From positions 4,094,001-4,158,000 of the forward strand of contig NC_045697.1 in assembly GCF_009834535.1 (NCBI RefSeq): a stretch of DNA of 64,000 bases. The letters run 5' to 3'. Each line of letters starts with the position of its first letter. Positions within the stretch are counted from its first letter, which is position 1. Both the position numbers and the translations under genes were made by a program. The notes below the pieces were generated by a model, which saw only the letters and a list, made by a program, of their open reading frames with translations, searched no databases and had not been told where the DNA came from. Below, piece after piece: positions 12,538 through 26,214 of the stretch. The stretch is from Camelus ferus. Its lineage: Eukaryota.

Positions 12538-14050
12538 CTGTGGGACGGGAGCACAGGGAGGGGTGAGCTACCCGAGGCCCCAGCTCTGAGCAGAGAACAA
12601 AACAGAAGCAAGGGCGGGCGCACCGTGGCCCAGGGCACAGCATCTCCTGCACTTCGTTCCTGAAGCAAATCTCCAGGGACAGGATGGGCAGCCCCATTTT
12701 ACAGAAGAGGGAACTGAGGCCGGGGAGTAGCGTGCGTCCCCATGTGCCCAGCTGGATGAGCAGGCCCAGGGGACGGCAGGAACCTGACCTTCCCCCAACA
12801 TCGGTCCCTCCTCCCAGCGTTGCTCAGCTGGCGCCCTGCATGGACCCAGGATGGAGCCAGTCCTGGTTTCCATCCCCTCTTCCCCAGTAAGCACCGACCC
12901 AGCCCCCCGTGCAGAGGGGAGGGGGGCCGCCATTCTGGCCACTGTAAGGAAAGGACAGTCTGCGGACCGGAGGGCTGGGATTGTCTGCAGGAGCTTCCCT
13001 GTGCTGGTGGGAGAAGGCACGGAGGGCGAGGCTCTGTGTGCTGCTCCCATCCCCCCTTCTGCCTTTACATCTGCTTCTGCGACCAAGTGGTGACAACAGA
13101 AGAAATAAAGCCAGTGCACGGATGAAGGCCAGGTGGGAAGATGAAGGTCACCTGGGCAGCAGGTCCGTGACGACAGAGGGAAGGACCCTGGGGAGGAAAG
13201 AGGCCGTCCACCCGCCTGCATGGAGGCGAGAGCTGTGAAAGGGGGCGATGGGAAGGCGTCGCAACGGCAGCTCCGGGTGGGTTACTGGGGTCCTTCCAGA
13301 GTCCGTGGAGGACACAGGTACCAATGGGGCCAGAGCCACAACACAGAGATTTACAGAAATTCTCTGTGAGCAGGAGATGAGTAACGAGCCCACAGCCCCA
13401 CAGAGAAGCAAACTGGGGAGAAAGCAGGCATCTCCTCACAGCTTCTGAGGAAAGAAGGCGGTCAGTCCGGGCAGCAGGCGCCTCACCTGTTAGTGGGGGT
13501 CAGAGGGGAGTGAGGACGGAGGTCGGGGTCCGGGGACACAAATCCACCAGCCTCCTAGGTGTGAGGCCCCTGTGTGCACGTGAGCACCCCAGGGCCTCTC
13601 AGCAGCCCTGCAGGCAGAGACTCCGCCCTCCCCATTCAGAGGTGGGGAGTCTTAGGCCCAGAGCCCAGGGGGCCCGCGCTGCTCAGCAGAGTCTCCTTGA
13701 CCCACACCCTGGACTCTGTGACTGATCACCATCTAGGAAGTCTGTGTGAAAATCTACTGTGTTTTCTGATCACACAAGTAACATCTGTGTTGTGTAAAAA
13801 GATTTACCACAAGAATAAATGTGAAACAACCAAAATGCAGGCATGTTGTCATAACTGACAGCCCAGAAGTCCTCAAAGAAGGAGGGGGGGCGCCCCCCTG
13901 TCCCCCGGAGACTGACCCTCCCTCCTTTGTGCCCAGGGGCATCCGAGTCAGGACGGTCGCACTTGGGTTTGTCTCCCTGTGTGCATCTGCTGGGGGGCAG
14001 GGGGCTGATTCAGTGACCTGAGGGCGGGACGCAAGGTGGGGGCAGGTTAC

Positions 14051-14163
14051 CTGCAGGTTCACCGTCACAGGCTGAGACAGGACCGGGTGCTCCCCCACCT
14101 CATACAGGTGGTGGAGCCGCAGCAGGACACGGCGGAGGTCAGCCTTGGCCTTTCGTGGATGGC
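14051..14163 (-). CDS. MAN2B2: MAN2B2-like paralog exon 17
   Basis: Reverse complement matches 50436-50548 with intact AG/GT sites. Confidence 0.85.
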
Positions 14164-14669
14164 CTTAGGGACACAGGAAGGTGGCAGTGAGGACCCCTGT
14201 CTGTGCCTGGTACCTTACACACTCACCTCAACTTCACATCTTCAACCGCCCTGGGAGGCAGCTGACATGGCCCCCACTTGACAGACAAGGATTCGAGGCT
14301 CAGAGAGGGGCAGACACTTGCTCAAGGCCACACAGCTGCTGAGCAACAGAAGGAGGGAGGGAGGATTCCAGCCCAGGTCCAGCTGACTGTAGTGCCTCCC
14401 ACCACCCACACAGGGGCCAATTCTGACGTTCGGAAAGTCTTGGTCCTCATTCAGCTTTGTGGCCATCACTGAGCCTGTCCTCAATCTTCCAGTTCTCTGG
14501 AATATTGTATTTCGTTCTCTGTGAAGGGTGGAGTGGCCACATAACTCTGAGGCCAACACAGTGTGAGCAGAGGTGATGCCTCATGTCCCACGGAAGCTTT
14601 TTCCTGCCTCAGTGACTGAGGAAGCTTGTGTTACAACACAGCCTCCACCTGCCAGGTCCCTGGTGACCA

Positions 14670-14769
14670 NNNNNNNNNNNNNNNNNNNNNNNNNNNNNNN
14701 NNNNNNNNNNNNNNNNNNNNNNNNNNNNNNNNNNNNNNNNNNNNNNNNNNNNNNNNNNNNNNNNNNNNN
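14670..14769. other. Assembly gap (100 N, conventionally of unknown size)
   Basis: Run of exactly 100 N. Confidence 0.99.
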
Positions 14770-15129
14770 TACAAATAAGGCTTCACACTTTCATATTCAG
14801 CGATGGCCCAAATCAAGAAGAGGTCACGGGCTGCGTGCCCACGTGTGACACTGGGAACAAGCTGGCGTTGCTGCGGGGAGCGGCCAGCACCCTGCGTCCT
14901 TCTCGAGACACTCGGATTCAATGTGGACTTTGTGGTGCATCTCACAGAGGCGGCCAGTACTCGTGTCCCTCCAGCCCTTTTGTTTGACGAACATGTGCTG
15001 CCAGCAACCAAAGTCGCAGAGCCCAGAACCTCAGGCAGCCCCTTCAGGCTGAGCATGGCAGAGCCTGGTCTAGAAAGAACTGCTCCTGTGCTGTAGCCTG
15101 TCCCCCAGTGAAGGACAATGAACCTCTGA

Positions 15130-15262
15130 GTGTCACAGAAGCTTCCCCAACCCTTACCCTGCCCAGGGGACTTCCAGCCTCCAGAACCGTGAGAAAATGC
15201 ATGTCTGTGCTTAAGCCCCCATCTGTGGTGTCCTGACATGGCAGCAGATGTAGACTAAACAC
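15130..15262 (+). mobile_element. MaLR (MLT1-like) LTR 3' part
   Basis: gacttccagcctccagaaccgtgagaaaat...ttaagccccc..tctgtggt...atggcagc..gactaaaca. Confidence 0.65.
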
Positions 15263-18200
15263 CAGTCACGGCGGATTTAACACCAGGAGACAGGCTACCA
15301 GGCTGTGAAGTTGGACAGTGTTGGTCCACACTGAGTGAAGAAGAGATGGCAGGTGGAGGAAGAAGGGATTCAAGGTGCAGAGAAGTAGGAAGGGGCCAGA
15401 GTGAAGGTGGCAGGTGAGGCCAGACAGTGTCCCCCAGGAGGCCCAGGAGACACTCCGGTTACCAAGCACCAGCGTCAGCAACAAGCCCAGACACGGGGCG
15501 GCCCCTGTAGGACGGGGCGGATGGGAGTGGAGCCATTAGAGAAGTGGGCTCCCTGGTGGCACTGGAAGTCATGGGATGCAGAAAGGAGAGGCCAGGTGCC
15601 TGCACGTAGCTGTCAGAAGCAAGGCCAGCGCAATTACTGTGACGCACATCAAAGCCAGAATGGCAGCGAGACGCACTCCAGGCAGTGGAGATGGTTACTG
15701 GGATACAGCGCTCCGAGGGCAGAATAGCTGGACAGCTGGCATGGGCGACCCTCGGTGTGTCCTCTCAGAAGCACCTGGGGATGAATGGGTTAGGAGACCG
15801 AGGGCAGCCACGGAGTGAAGAGCGAGCCCTTTCCCCAGCATCCAGACCAGAGTCAGTCGAATCTCAATCCCACTGACCTAAGGATAGACCATGTCCCTGC
15901 GAGGAAGGACTCCGCCAGACCCTGGCAAGGGCATGTGGTGACGATTCCCCCATCCCGTCCCCTGGGCGCTGATGGTCATGGGCTCAGGTAACCAGACACT
16001 AGGGAGAGGGAACACTCACACATTTTGAGAACGGGACTTACAGTTTCAATAAACTTCACTTGTCATCAGGGTTTCTGGGTTGGAGAATTCGGGAGTGGCT
16101 TAGCGGGGGATTTCTGACTCTTGAGTTTTTAACAGGCTGAGGTCAAGATGTCACCTGGGACTCCTGGAGCTGGATCTGGACCGGAGGACTAGCCGGCAGG
16201 GGCCCTCTGTCAAGGGGCTGGTGAGTTAGTGCTGGCTGTGGGCAGGACACCTCACCTGCTCTCCACATGGCCTCTCCTCACACTGCTTGAGTGTCCCATG
16301 ACGTGGCTGCTGGCTTCCTTCAGAGTCAAGGCTCCAGGAGAGGGTAGAACATGACATCAGGGCAGGGGACCCGCTTCGGTAGGAGGTGCGACAGTGGGCA
16401 CACGACCTGGGGTCTGCTGCTCCTATCGTGAGCCCAACGCCCAGAAGCTGCCAGCCTGAGAGAGGAATGGACAGACAGCTGAGGGCTCAGTTGAGCAGGC
16501 GTTTGGAGATGGAGTCTGCGGCATCGGGGCTCCGCCCCCTAGGAGTCATACACCCCGAATCAATAACCAGTGCATGGTTTCCCCAGTGAGTAGAACGTGC
16601 GGGATGGAAGCACGAGGAGCCTCGCTTATCACCACTCCCGGGGACCCCCGTGGGGAACTGAGTCTCACATCCACACTCTGGACTCTGCAGGTTCCGCGGT
16701 AGGTATCCAAAGAAGGGATGCTTCCACAGGTGACAAGCTACTGCTGTCTCTGGTCACTTGAGGTACTGGTGCCAAGAGACCAGCAGAGAACTGGAGGCGT
16801 CATCATCTAGCAAGGATGATCGTCCAGGACCACGGGAGGCGGGAGGTCTTGTGGGCTGTGCACAAGGAAGTAGAGGAGACTCGGTGTGGAACCCATGTGG
16901 GGGCCTCTGGTCTTCTTTGTTGAACTGAACAGTGAATAGACAGGTGAACGCTGTGGCTCAGGAAGGCATGCTTGCTAAAGGTCAGGTCTCAGGAACGAGG
17001 CTCTAGGTATCCCCCCCAGGTACCCCCCAGGCCCGGCACAGGTGCCAGTTGAAGGTGAACGGCATGGAATGGGTGGAAGGGAGGGTACCATGAGCATCAG
17101 TTGGAATCTGCATGTGAGCTCCAGCAAGAGCGGCCAGTGCCAAGGCCTGGAGGAAAGGACGAGGAATGGACGCCCCTGGGACGTGGCATGGGGGTGCGGT
17201 CGTGTGGGGCTGGGGCTGGAACAGCTGGGGCGGGCCTGCCTCTCTCTCTCCAAGTGCCCTCAGGGCTTCTCCACGTCTCCTTCCCACGTGGGCTGGCTTG
17301 GGCTTCCTCACAGCGTGGCGGCTCCCGGCTCCACGCATGACTCCTCCTGTGAACAAGGCAAACCCTGCCTTGCCGCTTCTGACACAGGGCATCTGCTCGA
17401 CATTCTGTCGGTTACAAGAGAGTCACAAGCCCACTCAGCGCTAACGGGAGAAGACACTGACCCCGCATCTCAATGGGAGGGATGTCGAAGTCAAGTCAGG
17501 TCGGGGGTGGGGGGCAATGAGGCAGATGGGACAGAGGAGAGAGGATGGGGACTTGCTTGGACATCATATACTCGAATTGCATTTGCTGAGCGATGGACAA
17601 GGTGGCCAGAAGGGACGGTGAGTCACGGCTCTGGCCAGGACAGAAAACTACAATCAGGTGTTTGTTTCTCAGGCAGAGCACCCCACACCACAGATGCCCT
17701 GCTCCTGGGTCGGGGGCACAGAGGCGACTCCAGGCGACACCCTGGCCCCTGCAGACCGCACCGCTGTGACCACACCATCCTCCAGGAAGGAGACACTGAA
17801 GCTGTCATCTCGTGAGCGCTCACTCACTGCTCTCAGGTCCCCTGCGGCTATTTGCGGGTGGTCTGCTGAGACCCGGAGAGATTACGCAGCTAGCCAAGGG
17901 CATTACGGGTGGCCCAGCCCTAATTCTGAAGGTTTGGGTCGGTCTCGCTCCTCCAGTGGTTGTGTGACGTCGGTGAGTCACGGACTGTTGGTAAAGGCCT
18001 GATCTCCTCCCTCAAACAGCGAGAACGATCCCTATTGAAGGGCCGGATTGTGGGCTCCACGCGGAGGAGAGGGTGTCAGGGCAGGCGCCCCAGTGGCGGC
18101 ACTGCCCGCACTGAGTACCGAGGGTGAGGGAGGCCTCGAAGCCGAGGAGCCAGTCCAGAGGGAAGGGGCTGCGGATGGGCAGGGATGCCCAGCGGGAAAC

Positions 18201-18538
18201 CCTCTAAGAGACAGAAATGAGTGGCAAGGGCCCTGGGCTGACGAAGGTCCTCCCAGACAGGAGGGAAATCTGGCAGGCTTCCCCGAGGAGGAGGCACTTG
18301 GTATTTGGCTTAAAGGTGGCCAGGGACAGCCAGGAAACTGGAGCTGGGCGGGGAGTGCTGAAAGGCAGTGAGCAAGGGCCCCAGCCTGCACTGCTCAGGT
18401 GACAGCATCTACGTGGGTGTCACTCCTCCCTTGCTCCTTCCCACCCCCTCCTCCAAGGAGCAGGTCCCGGTCAGCTCCCGAGAGGCCAGGCCCTGCAGGC
18501 AGATTGAAGTCTGACAGCCCTGCCTGCTGGCCGCTGGG

Positions 18539-18670
18539 ATGGGGCCGCTCAGCTGGCTGCCTCTGTTCCTGGTGCTGCTGTGGCCGCTGGGGGCCCTGGT
18601 CACGCTTCCAATCAGGGTGTTCGTGGTGCCCCACAGCCACATGGACGTGGGCTGGCTCCACACAGTACAG
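18539..18670 (+). CDS. MAN2B2: MAN2B2 exon 1 (signal peptide + HSHMD Zn-binding motif)
   Basis: [44 protein letters not shown], donor CAG|GTGGGT, phase 0. Confidence 0.95.
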
Positions 18671-19168
18671 GTGGGTGCCCCGGGATGTCCCCTGCACACC
18701 TCTTGAGGGTGAAGTCTCCTTCTTCCTGTAAAGTCCCTGGGCCTCACCCGCTGTGACCCTTGGGCTTGGCTGTGCTGTCGGCCACGTGGCGCTCACGGCC
18801 GGCCAACATGCCCCTCTGGGAAGCCATCCCTGCCCCCTCGGTCCTGGCAGGTGCATCCCCCTGACTCATGGACTGCCATTGTCTGTTTCCTCACATCCCT
18901 GCCCAGGAGAGCATGTTCCCAGCACAGCGGTCCGCCCTGTCCCGCTCCCAGTGCCCGCGCTCACCGTGTGTCTGGCGCAGAGTGGGACTGGTGCCCCCTT
19001 GTCTGAAGGGAACTGGGGGAACAGAGGGAAGGGCCCCCAGACAGATGCAGCTGTGAGTGCCAGGGGCCCCCAGACACTCTGTCACCTCTGGATTTTACTC
19101 CTTGGTCCTTGGGGCCAAACCCTCCAGAAGCCCCATGGGGCTGGAGTGATGGTGTCCCCCACCCCTAG

Positions 19169-19315
19169 GAGAGCATGCGGGCTTATGTCGCCAACGTCTA
19201 CACCTCGGTGGTGGAGGAGCTGACCCTTAAGAAGCAGCGCAGGTTCATCGCCGTGGAGCAGGAGTTTTTCCGGCTGTGGTGGGATGGCATCGCCTCGCAC
19301 AAGCAGAGACGCCAG
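19169..19315 (+). CDS. MAN2B2: MAN2B2 exon 2
   Basis: cctag|[58 protein letters not shown]; donor CAG|GTACT. Confidence 0.95.
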
Positions 19316-21045
19316 GTACTGCTGTCCTGTAGGGTGTCCTTGAAGGGTCAACCGAGAGAAGAATGGCTTGGGTGTCCTGGTGATGACCCTTTAGGAAACT
19401 CCTGGGGCAGTGCGTTCTCTGGCCACGCTTGTGCTACATAAACCTCAAGGCTTAAACTCTACTGGGCTCTTTGCAGGGTGTGTTTAGATCAGTTTTGTGG
19501 TCAGCCCCGTGCCCGGGAAACAGCTTTGTGTTCTCATCCCAGCTGTGTGGCTACTGGAAAACTGCAGCTCTGGCAACCCACCAGACACTCAACTGGCATG
19601 AACCGAGTTCCCTTTGACACTGGGCACTCCCAGGGGGCCCAGAGCCCACACCCTCTTCCTTCATTTCGGTATCTGAGTGACCCCCATGAGCACAGGAGCC
19701 GGCAACCCTGCCGGGGGTGCAACAGTCCCTGTGGCCCCAAGGCCGGCAGCGGATTAGTTTCACAGGTTGCAGGAGTCAGAGGCCCCGCTCAGCAGAGGGG
19801 CTGCCTGGGACCCGGTCCTGCTCCCCCACCTCCACGTGTGGTGAAGGCGGCGACTGGACTCTGTCCCCTGCAGGTCCCACAACTGTACGTGGGAGTGACC
19901 GCTCTTCTTAGGGAGGCTGTGCCCAGAATGAACATATGATGTGAGTTCATAGGACAATTCTCTGGAACTTGGTCCCCTCCAAGCATCCCCTTCGTTCGAA
20001 ACAGGTTAGAGCCCCACGACTTGCTCAAGGTAGCAGAGCTCAAAAGGCAAAACAGGGAGTCCACCAGGTCCTCCTCCAGCAGGGGATGTGACCCTGCAGC
20101 CTTTGGCACCGAGAGGACGAGCCTCCCGTCCGATGGGCACTGCCTCCTGCCAGGCTCTGGGCTAGGACCTTCTACACATTACTTCGTTGACTCCTCTCAA
20201 CAGCCAGTACACTGGGGACACTCAGCCTGCTGTACACAGTGGTCCAGGTTCAGAGAGGGCAGGCAACTGGCCAGGGACCACAGAGCTTGTACGAGACAAG
20301 TTGGACTCTGTGTCAGATATTCTGATTTAAAGCATGACTCTCCATGGGGTCCAGTGGATGGTCCTCACTTCTTTACATGGACACCCCCAAACTCAATTGC
20401 TTGTCATCCAGTTGTGACAAATGCAAATTGAAGGATGTTCTACAGAATAAGTAGCCTTAATCCTCAAATTTATTAATCACAGGAATGAAAAAGAAGGCTC
20501 AGGAAATCCATGAATACCATGAATTTGATAGTAGCATTATTAATTTCCAGATTTGGAGAATTATGGAATAGTAAGAATGATCTTGTCCTTGTCAAACACA
20601 TACTGAACTGTTAAGATAAAGGCATGTTATTGTTAACTTTTACTTTCAAATGGTTTAGAAAAAGCATACTATGAACGTAAAGAGATGGGGAAGAGATAAG
20701 AGAAATAGGGAAAAACTATTAACTACTAGATAATCTTGGGAAAGGATTTATGGGTACTCTCTGAACAATTCTTGCAAATTTTTCACAAGTTTGAAGTTAT
20801 TTCAGAGCAAAGCTGTAAAATGTTTATTTTTATATATTTTCGATGAAGGAACAGCCAGGGGCCAGGTGCTGTTCCGGATGCTGGACACACTGGGGACCAG
20901 GACCGTGTCCTGCTTTTTCAGAATAAATGTAGATGAGTGCGGAGTTGGAAGGAAGAACCGTAAGACACTGGAGACATGTACCCAGTGAACACAACCAGAC
21001 TTGGGGGCTATAATCTGGATTTTCCTCTCTGCCCACAACACCAAG

Positions 21046-21151
21046 GTCCACCAGCTCCTGGCCCAAGGACGCCTGGAGTTTGTCCTCGGAGGCCAGGTCA
21101 TGCATGATGAGGCCGTGACCCACTTTGATGACCAGATCCTACAGCTCACAG
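21046..21151 (+). CDS. MAN2B2: MAN2B2 exon 3
   Basis: caag|[38 protein letters not shown]; donor G|GTTCGA, phase 1. Confidence 0.93.
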
Positions 21152-21574
21152 GTTCGATTACCCTTCCCCAGACCCGGGACTCCTTGTCTCCCTCCTTGGG
21201 CTGGGCTGGGTGTCTGAGCCCCGGTTCTGGGCTCCATCTTCCCCTCGCAGCGGGAGACTGTGACCAGTAAGTGCGATGATTGGCTGGTGCCATACTCATG
21301 CCTGTGCCCTTGGGTGCAGGGCTCAGGGGTGTGGCTTCTAGACAAGATGGCCTGGCTATATCCCAGGTTCTAATTCCCAACCCTGTGACCCTTGGCAAGA
21401 GATGGAACTACATAGAGCCTCAGGTTTCTCCTCTATAAAGTGAGTTTGATAAGGAGGTAAAACCTACCTCAAAGGGTTTATATGAAGATAAAATTGAGAC
21501 AATTATAATGGAGCACATTGAGTACAGTGTATGGTTACCTAGTAAATGCTCAGTGATGTTTAGAGGCTATCCTG

Positions 21575-22580
21575 CCATCACCCCACCCAACAAACCCTCC
21601 ACCAATACCACTGCCTCCAGCACCTCCAGCACATCACCATGATTACCACCGCCACCATCATCTGCATCACCTCCAGGGACACTACCACCTCCAACAGCAC
21701 CACCTAGTCTACCAACAACCACCACCACCCCCATGATTACTAACACCACCATCACCACCTCAACTTCCACATCCACACCAGCACACCACCACCATCACCA
21801 CATCAGCTCCAACACCACAGCCACCACCACCTCCGTCACCATCATCATCACCTCCAACACATCATTACTACTTCCACCAAAACAAGGACCACCACAGACA
21901 CCATCGCTATCACCGCCATCATCACCTCCAACACCATTGCCGCCGCCGCCACCACCACCACCACCACCACCACTTCAGCCACCATCACACCTCTACAACC
22001 TATCTACCATGTAAACCACATCACCTTCAACATCATCTTCACCACCACTGACAACACCATCACTTTCTGCATCACCTTCACCATCAGCACCACCACCAAC
22101 TCATCCACTACCATCATCATTAACTCCACCACCAAAAGAGGGACCACCAACACCACCACTATCAGCCCCATCACCACAACCATCATTTCAACAACACCAC
22201 CATCACCAACATCAAAACTTCAATGCCAGATCTACCACCATCACCATAACCACCAACACCACCCACATCACCAGCATCTAAAAAATTTCATCACCACCTC
22301 TACCATCCTCACCGCTATCATCAACACTACCACCACCATCACCATCCTCATTATCTCTGCCTCCACTGTAACTAGCAGAACTACCATCACCACCACAAAC
22401 ATGATCACCTCCCTCACTTCCATCACTGCCACCTCCACCACCACTTCATCCATCACCACCAAAAACCCTACATAAACATCACAACCTACTGAAGGTCGAC
22501 CACTATCACCTCCACCATTACCAGCACCACCACCATCACCAACAGTATCATCAGCATCTCCACCTCACCATCACCAGGCA
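21575..22580. repeat. Degenerate (CAC/CAT)n low-complexity array, about 1 kb, intron 3
   Basis: Continuous cacc/catc trinucleotide-periodic sequence, nearly G-free on the + strand. Confidence 0.95.
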
Positions 22581-25532
22581 CACTTGCACTCAGGGAACAT
22601 TCCTCTCCATTTCACAAATGTGTTTCAGAAGTGGCACTTCACCTACGCCTAAAGGCAGGATGGGGAGGTGGCATCATTGTTCTCAGTTCATTTTGCAAAA
22701 GGGATACTGAGACTGAGACCAAAAGAAGGACGAAGGGTCCACGGATGAGCCAGGAGTAACTCTTGAATGTGACTGAAGCTCTAGCCCCATTGTCACTCCA
22801 CTGAACAGTAACCCCAGGTAACCCCTGGGTAAAGCATCAAGATAGCATTGGATGTTTTCTAAGGATCTTCTTTACATGAGCTCTCCTTTCACTCCTTAAA
22901 TCTGTGGTCCCACCCTCATGTGAGTTTCTGCTGCCTTCTTTCTGGATGTAAGTGGGAACGTGATGGGAATCTTTAAGTTTCTTTATGTGAAATCCCCAGG
23001 CTGCTTAATGCAGCTTCAGGACTCAGCTCCTGGCCTCCTCCCCATCCTTCTGCCTCCTGAGGCCCCTGATCTGCTTCAACAACAATGCCTCCTGTGCCTT
23101 CAGTCACCAGGTTCCTCTTGTTTATACCTGAGCATCTCATCTCAGACTCAGCTGAAGAGTCTCATGGTCCAGGAACCTTCCATTTGGACCCTCAGGACCT
23201 TATCACCTCCCCTGTTCACCCCAAAACTACAGGTCGTGTCTGGCAGTGACTGCAGTCTGATTCTTCTCTGGATCACTAAGGCTCAGCCCAACTTCTGGCA
23301 ACACGAGTGCTGGTGGGCATGGCAGCGATGGGGTGGGTGCTGTCCTACTCTGGCTCCGGGTGTCCACAGCGGAGACTATCCTGTGAAGGGCCTGCTGTCC
23401 TGGGTTATTTCAGCCCGAGCTCTGGGCCATGTCCCTCAAACGCCTTCCCCCCAATACTAGTAATGCCCTCTCTCCGTGGTTGTCACCCCGGTTCTACTTC
23501 TTGCTTGTTCTCTGTGACTCCTCCCCTGAAGTATGAAACCTTGCCTAACATTCTCCTGGGAAGGAGGGGAGCAGGCCTCCCCAGCTGAGGCAGCAACCAC
23601 AATTCCTATGTCCCCTTGTCCCTCTGTCACCCCGGCCACTGTACTCTGGCCCCGCCCTCCACTCACTAGCCAAGTAAATCTTGACCTGGTCGTTGTGCTC
23701 ATTAGAACACTGGTTAAACTACTTTGACTGTGGCCAAGTGACTGTGATCCAACAAAAGGGATGGTTCTTTCTCTCGTGGGGAAAATTCTGCAAGTGCAGC
23801 CTGTTCTGGGCCACTGGGTGGCTCTGCTCCACAGAGTAATCCAAGCATCCAAGCTGCTTCTCTTCGCTCTGCCATCTCATAGTGTGTCTCGCCCTCCTTG
23901 CATGACTGGAGGTGACTCACCCCAGTGAAATGTCATCCCAGCAGGAAAGGGGGAAAGAACGGTGGGAAGACAGCAGGCTGCATCTTTCCAAAGGTGACCT
24001 AGAAATTACACTCATCACTTGTGCTCACATCCATGGACCGGAACCTGAGTACTTGGTATATTTTCCAAGAAAGGCTGGGAACACAGTCTCTAGCTAGAAG
24101 CTTATTATCCTGCCAAAATTATAGGGAATGTCTGGTTCTGTTACTAAAAGGCAAGGGGAGAATGTATCTTGGGGGACAGTGGGCTGTTTCATTCATTAAT
24201 CACCTGTTCATTTGGGTCTCAGGAATAATTTCTCCTGGAGTCCAGAAAACCTGAGAACAGTGACTTGAGTCTCTAGGATATTTACTATTTACTTACAAAG
24301 AAGGGAAATGGTTTGTGGACTGATGCTGCAGCCCACTGATGTTTCTCACATTCTCATATCCTCTCCCATGTGATCACAGAATAGCTGCCACAGCTCCAGT
24401 CAGCATGAACCTATTCTTTCACAGTCAAAGAAGGAAAAGGGCAGAATGTGGGCTTTCTTACTGACCTCGTCTTATCTAAGGTGGGAAATATTGCCCTGAA
24501 GCCCAAGCAGCCTTAACCCACACATCTATTTTCTCTGTAACCATACTCCATGACCACATCTAGTTTCCACAAAGACTGAGAGCAATATTCTGGCAGAGGG
24601 AAGTGAGCTTGCCATGACCACTAAGACCAGAGACAATTCATCCCTTGGGCCTCGGTCAGTGTCCCCTGAACAAAATGAAGATTCTGTGAGTGAGGAATTT
24701 GGGGTCACTGAGTCAGCAGCCATCATGACTGCCCTCCTCTCGCCGCACATCTGCTGAGGGTGTGCCCTCCACAGCTTACTGACCCCCTCAGTGTGACCTA
24801 CTGACCATCCCCTCCCTCATCTCAGAGCCCTGGCCCCCAGCTCTTCCCCCTTCTCTCCAGCAGCTCCTTCTTGGTCTCCTCTGCTTCCCGCACTCCCTCT
24901 GCTGCTCCCACTGGTCCCCAAGGGCTCGGAGCCCCGCCCCAAGTCCAGCTGCCTGGTTCACCATCCTCACCTCCTCTGTGAACCAGACCCCGATCGGCCT
25001 CAGGCCCACCCTGACCACCCAGCAGTCGCCTCATTTCTCACTGAAACTTGTTCATAGAACTGGGCATGTCTCTGTCCCAGAACCACGGAATCTTCTAGGT
25101 CCCAGCCGGCGTCCCAGCCTGGGGAGGTCATCAGTGGAAGGTAGTTCGAATTGACACCAGCTACTTGTGCTCTCTGAGTCTTTGTTTTCTCTCCTGAAAA
25201 TGCAGGCGGTTGTCACCAGCTCTTGGGCCATTCAGAAGATTATATCTGGGGAAAACTGGCGAACTTTAATCAATGGCTTATCAAGTCTAGGGCTTTCTCT
25301 CTGCAGCCATGTCCCTGACACCTCGCTCCTTGCTGTGGCTGGTAAATCATGAATGAATGAGTGAAAGGTCGGACTATTCTGGGACGGAGCCCCTGTATTA
25401 GCACCTGCTGCGGCAAGACCCTGCTTGGCCTGGAAGAGGGCACTGCAGCCCTGCAGAAGGGCAGGGGGCCCTGGGGGAGTCAGGGGGTGAGGGGCCACAC
25501 TCCTGTCACCAGCGAGGCTTATCTCTTTGCAG

Positions 25533-25705
25533 AAGGACACGGGTTTCTCTATGAAACATTTGGGGTCCGGCCTAGGTTCTCCTGGCAGGTCGACCCATTT
25601 GGAGCATCTGCCACGACCCCCACCCTGTTTGCCCTGGCGGGCTTCAATGCCCACGTCATCTCCCGGATCAACTATGACCTGAAGGAGGCCATGCAGCAGG
25701 ACCAG
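25533..25705 (+). CDS. MAN2B2: MAN2B2 exon 4 (catalytic nucleophile Asp in VDPFG)
   Basis: ttgcag|[60 protein letters not shown]; donor CAG|GTGAGT. Confidence 0.95.
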
Positions 25706-26214
25706 GTGAGTGGTGCCCCACATCTGCTGCTGCCGGCTCACCCCTGCTTCGTCCCCACTTTGTCCAGTGCATCTCAGAGCCCCTGCTCTTCTCCAGAGCA
25801 CCTGGGATCCTTGGGGGCCCCTTATGCCACTGGATGTCCAGGCCCATCATTGCGCTGCTGTGCCGTCCGCCGTGTGTGACTCTTTCCCTCCTGCGTGGCT
25901 GGACCTGGCTGAGCTGCAGCCCCGGCTTGGCGTCTCCTGCTCTGTGTCCCCTTCACCCTCCAGCCCTGGGGCTCGGAAGGGACCAGAGCAGACCTGCTCT
26001 CAGTAAACCGTGCTGGGTGCAGAGAGGAGGAGGGCGGGGCTCAGGGCACCTGGGACACGGTCACTCTTCCAGGGTGAGCGCAGCTGTTAGGGACTAGATG
26101 GTGACACCAAACACCCACAGCAGACGCTGCCTTTTCCCCCTACCAAGTGCTGGGCCTGGTGGGAGCCGCCGGGCTCCTGGTGTCCTTTAATCCTGCCAGC
26201 ACCCCTGGGACATG

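Larger units (their letters stand above)
7969..14669 (-). repeat. Inverted segmental duplicate of 49930-56586 (3' end of MAN2B2 plus downstream flank)
   Basis: Reverse complement matches 49930-56586, and many identical ORFs appear in mirror positions (e.g. 14242-14559 vs 50040-50357; 10318-10542 vs 54020-54244). Bounded by the N gap on the right and by L1 sequence on the left. Confidence 0.97.

Noticed and set aside
21567..22462. Val/Met-rich and His/Pro/Thr-rich ORFs
   Set aside because: Translations of the CAC/CAT simple repeat.
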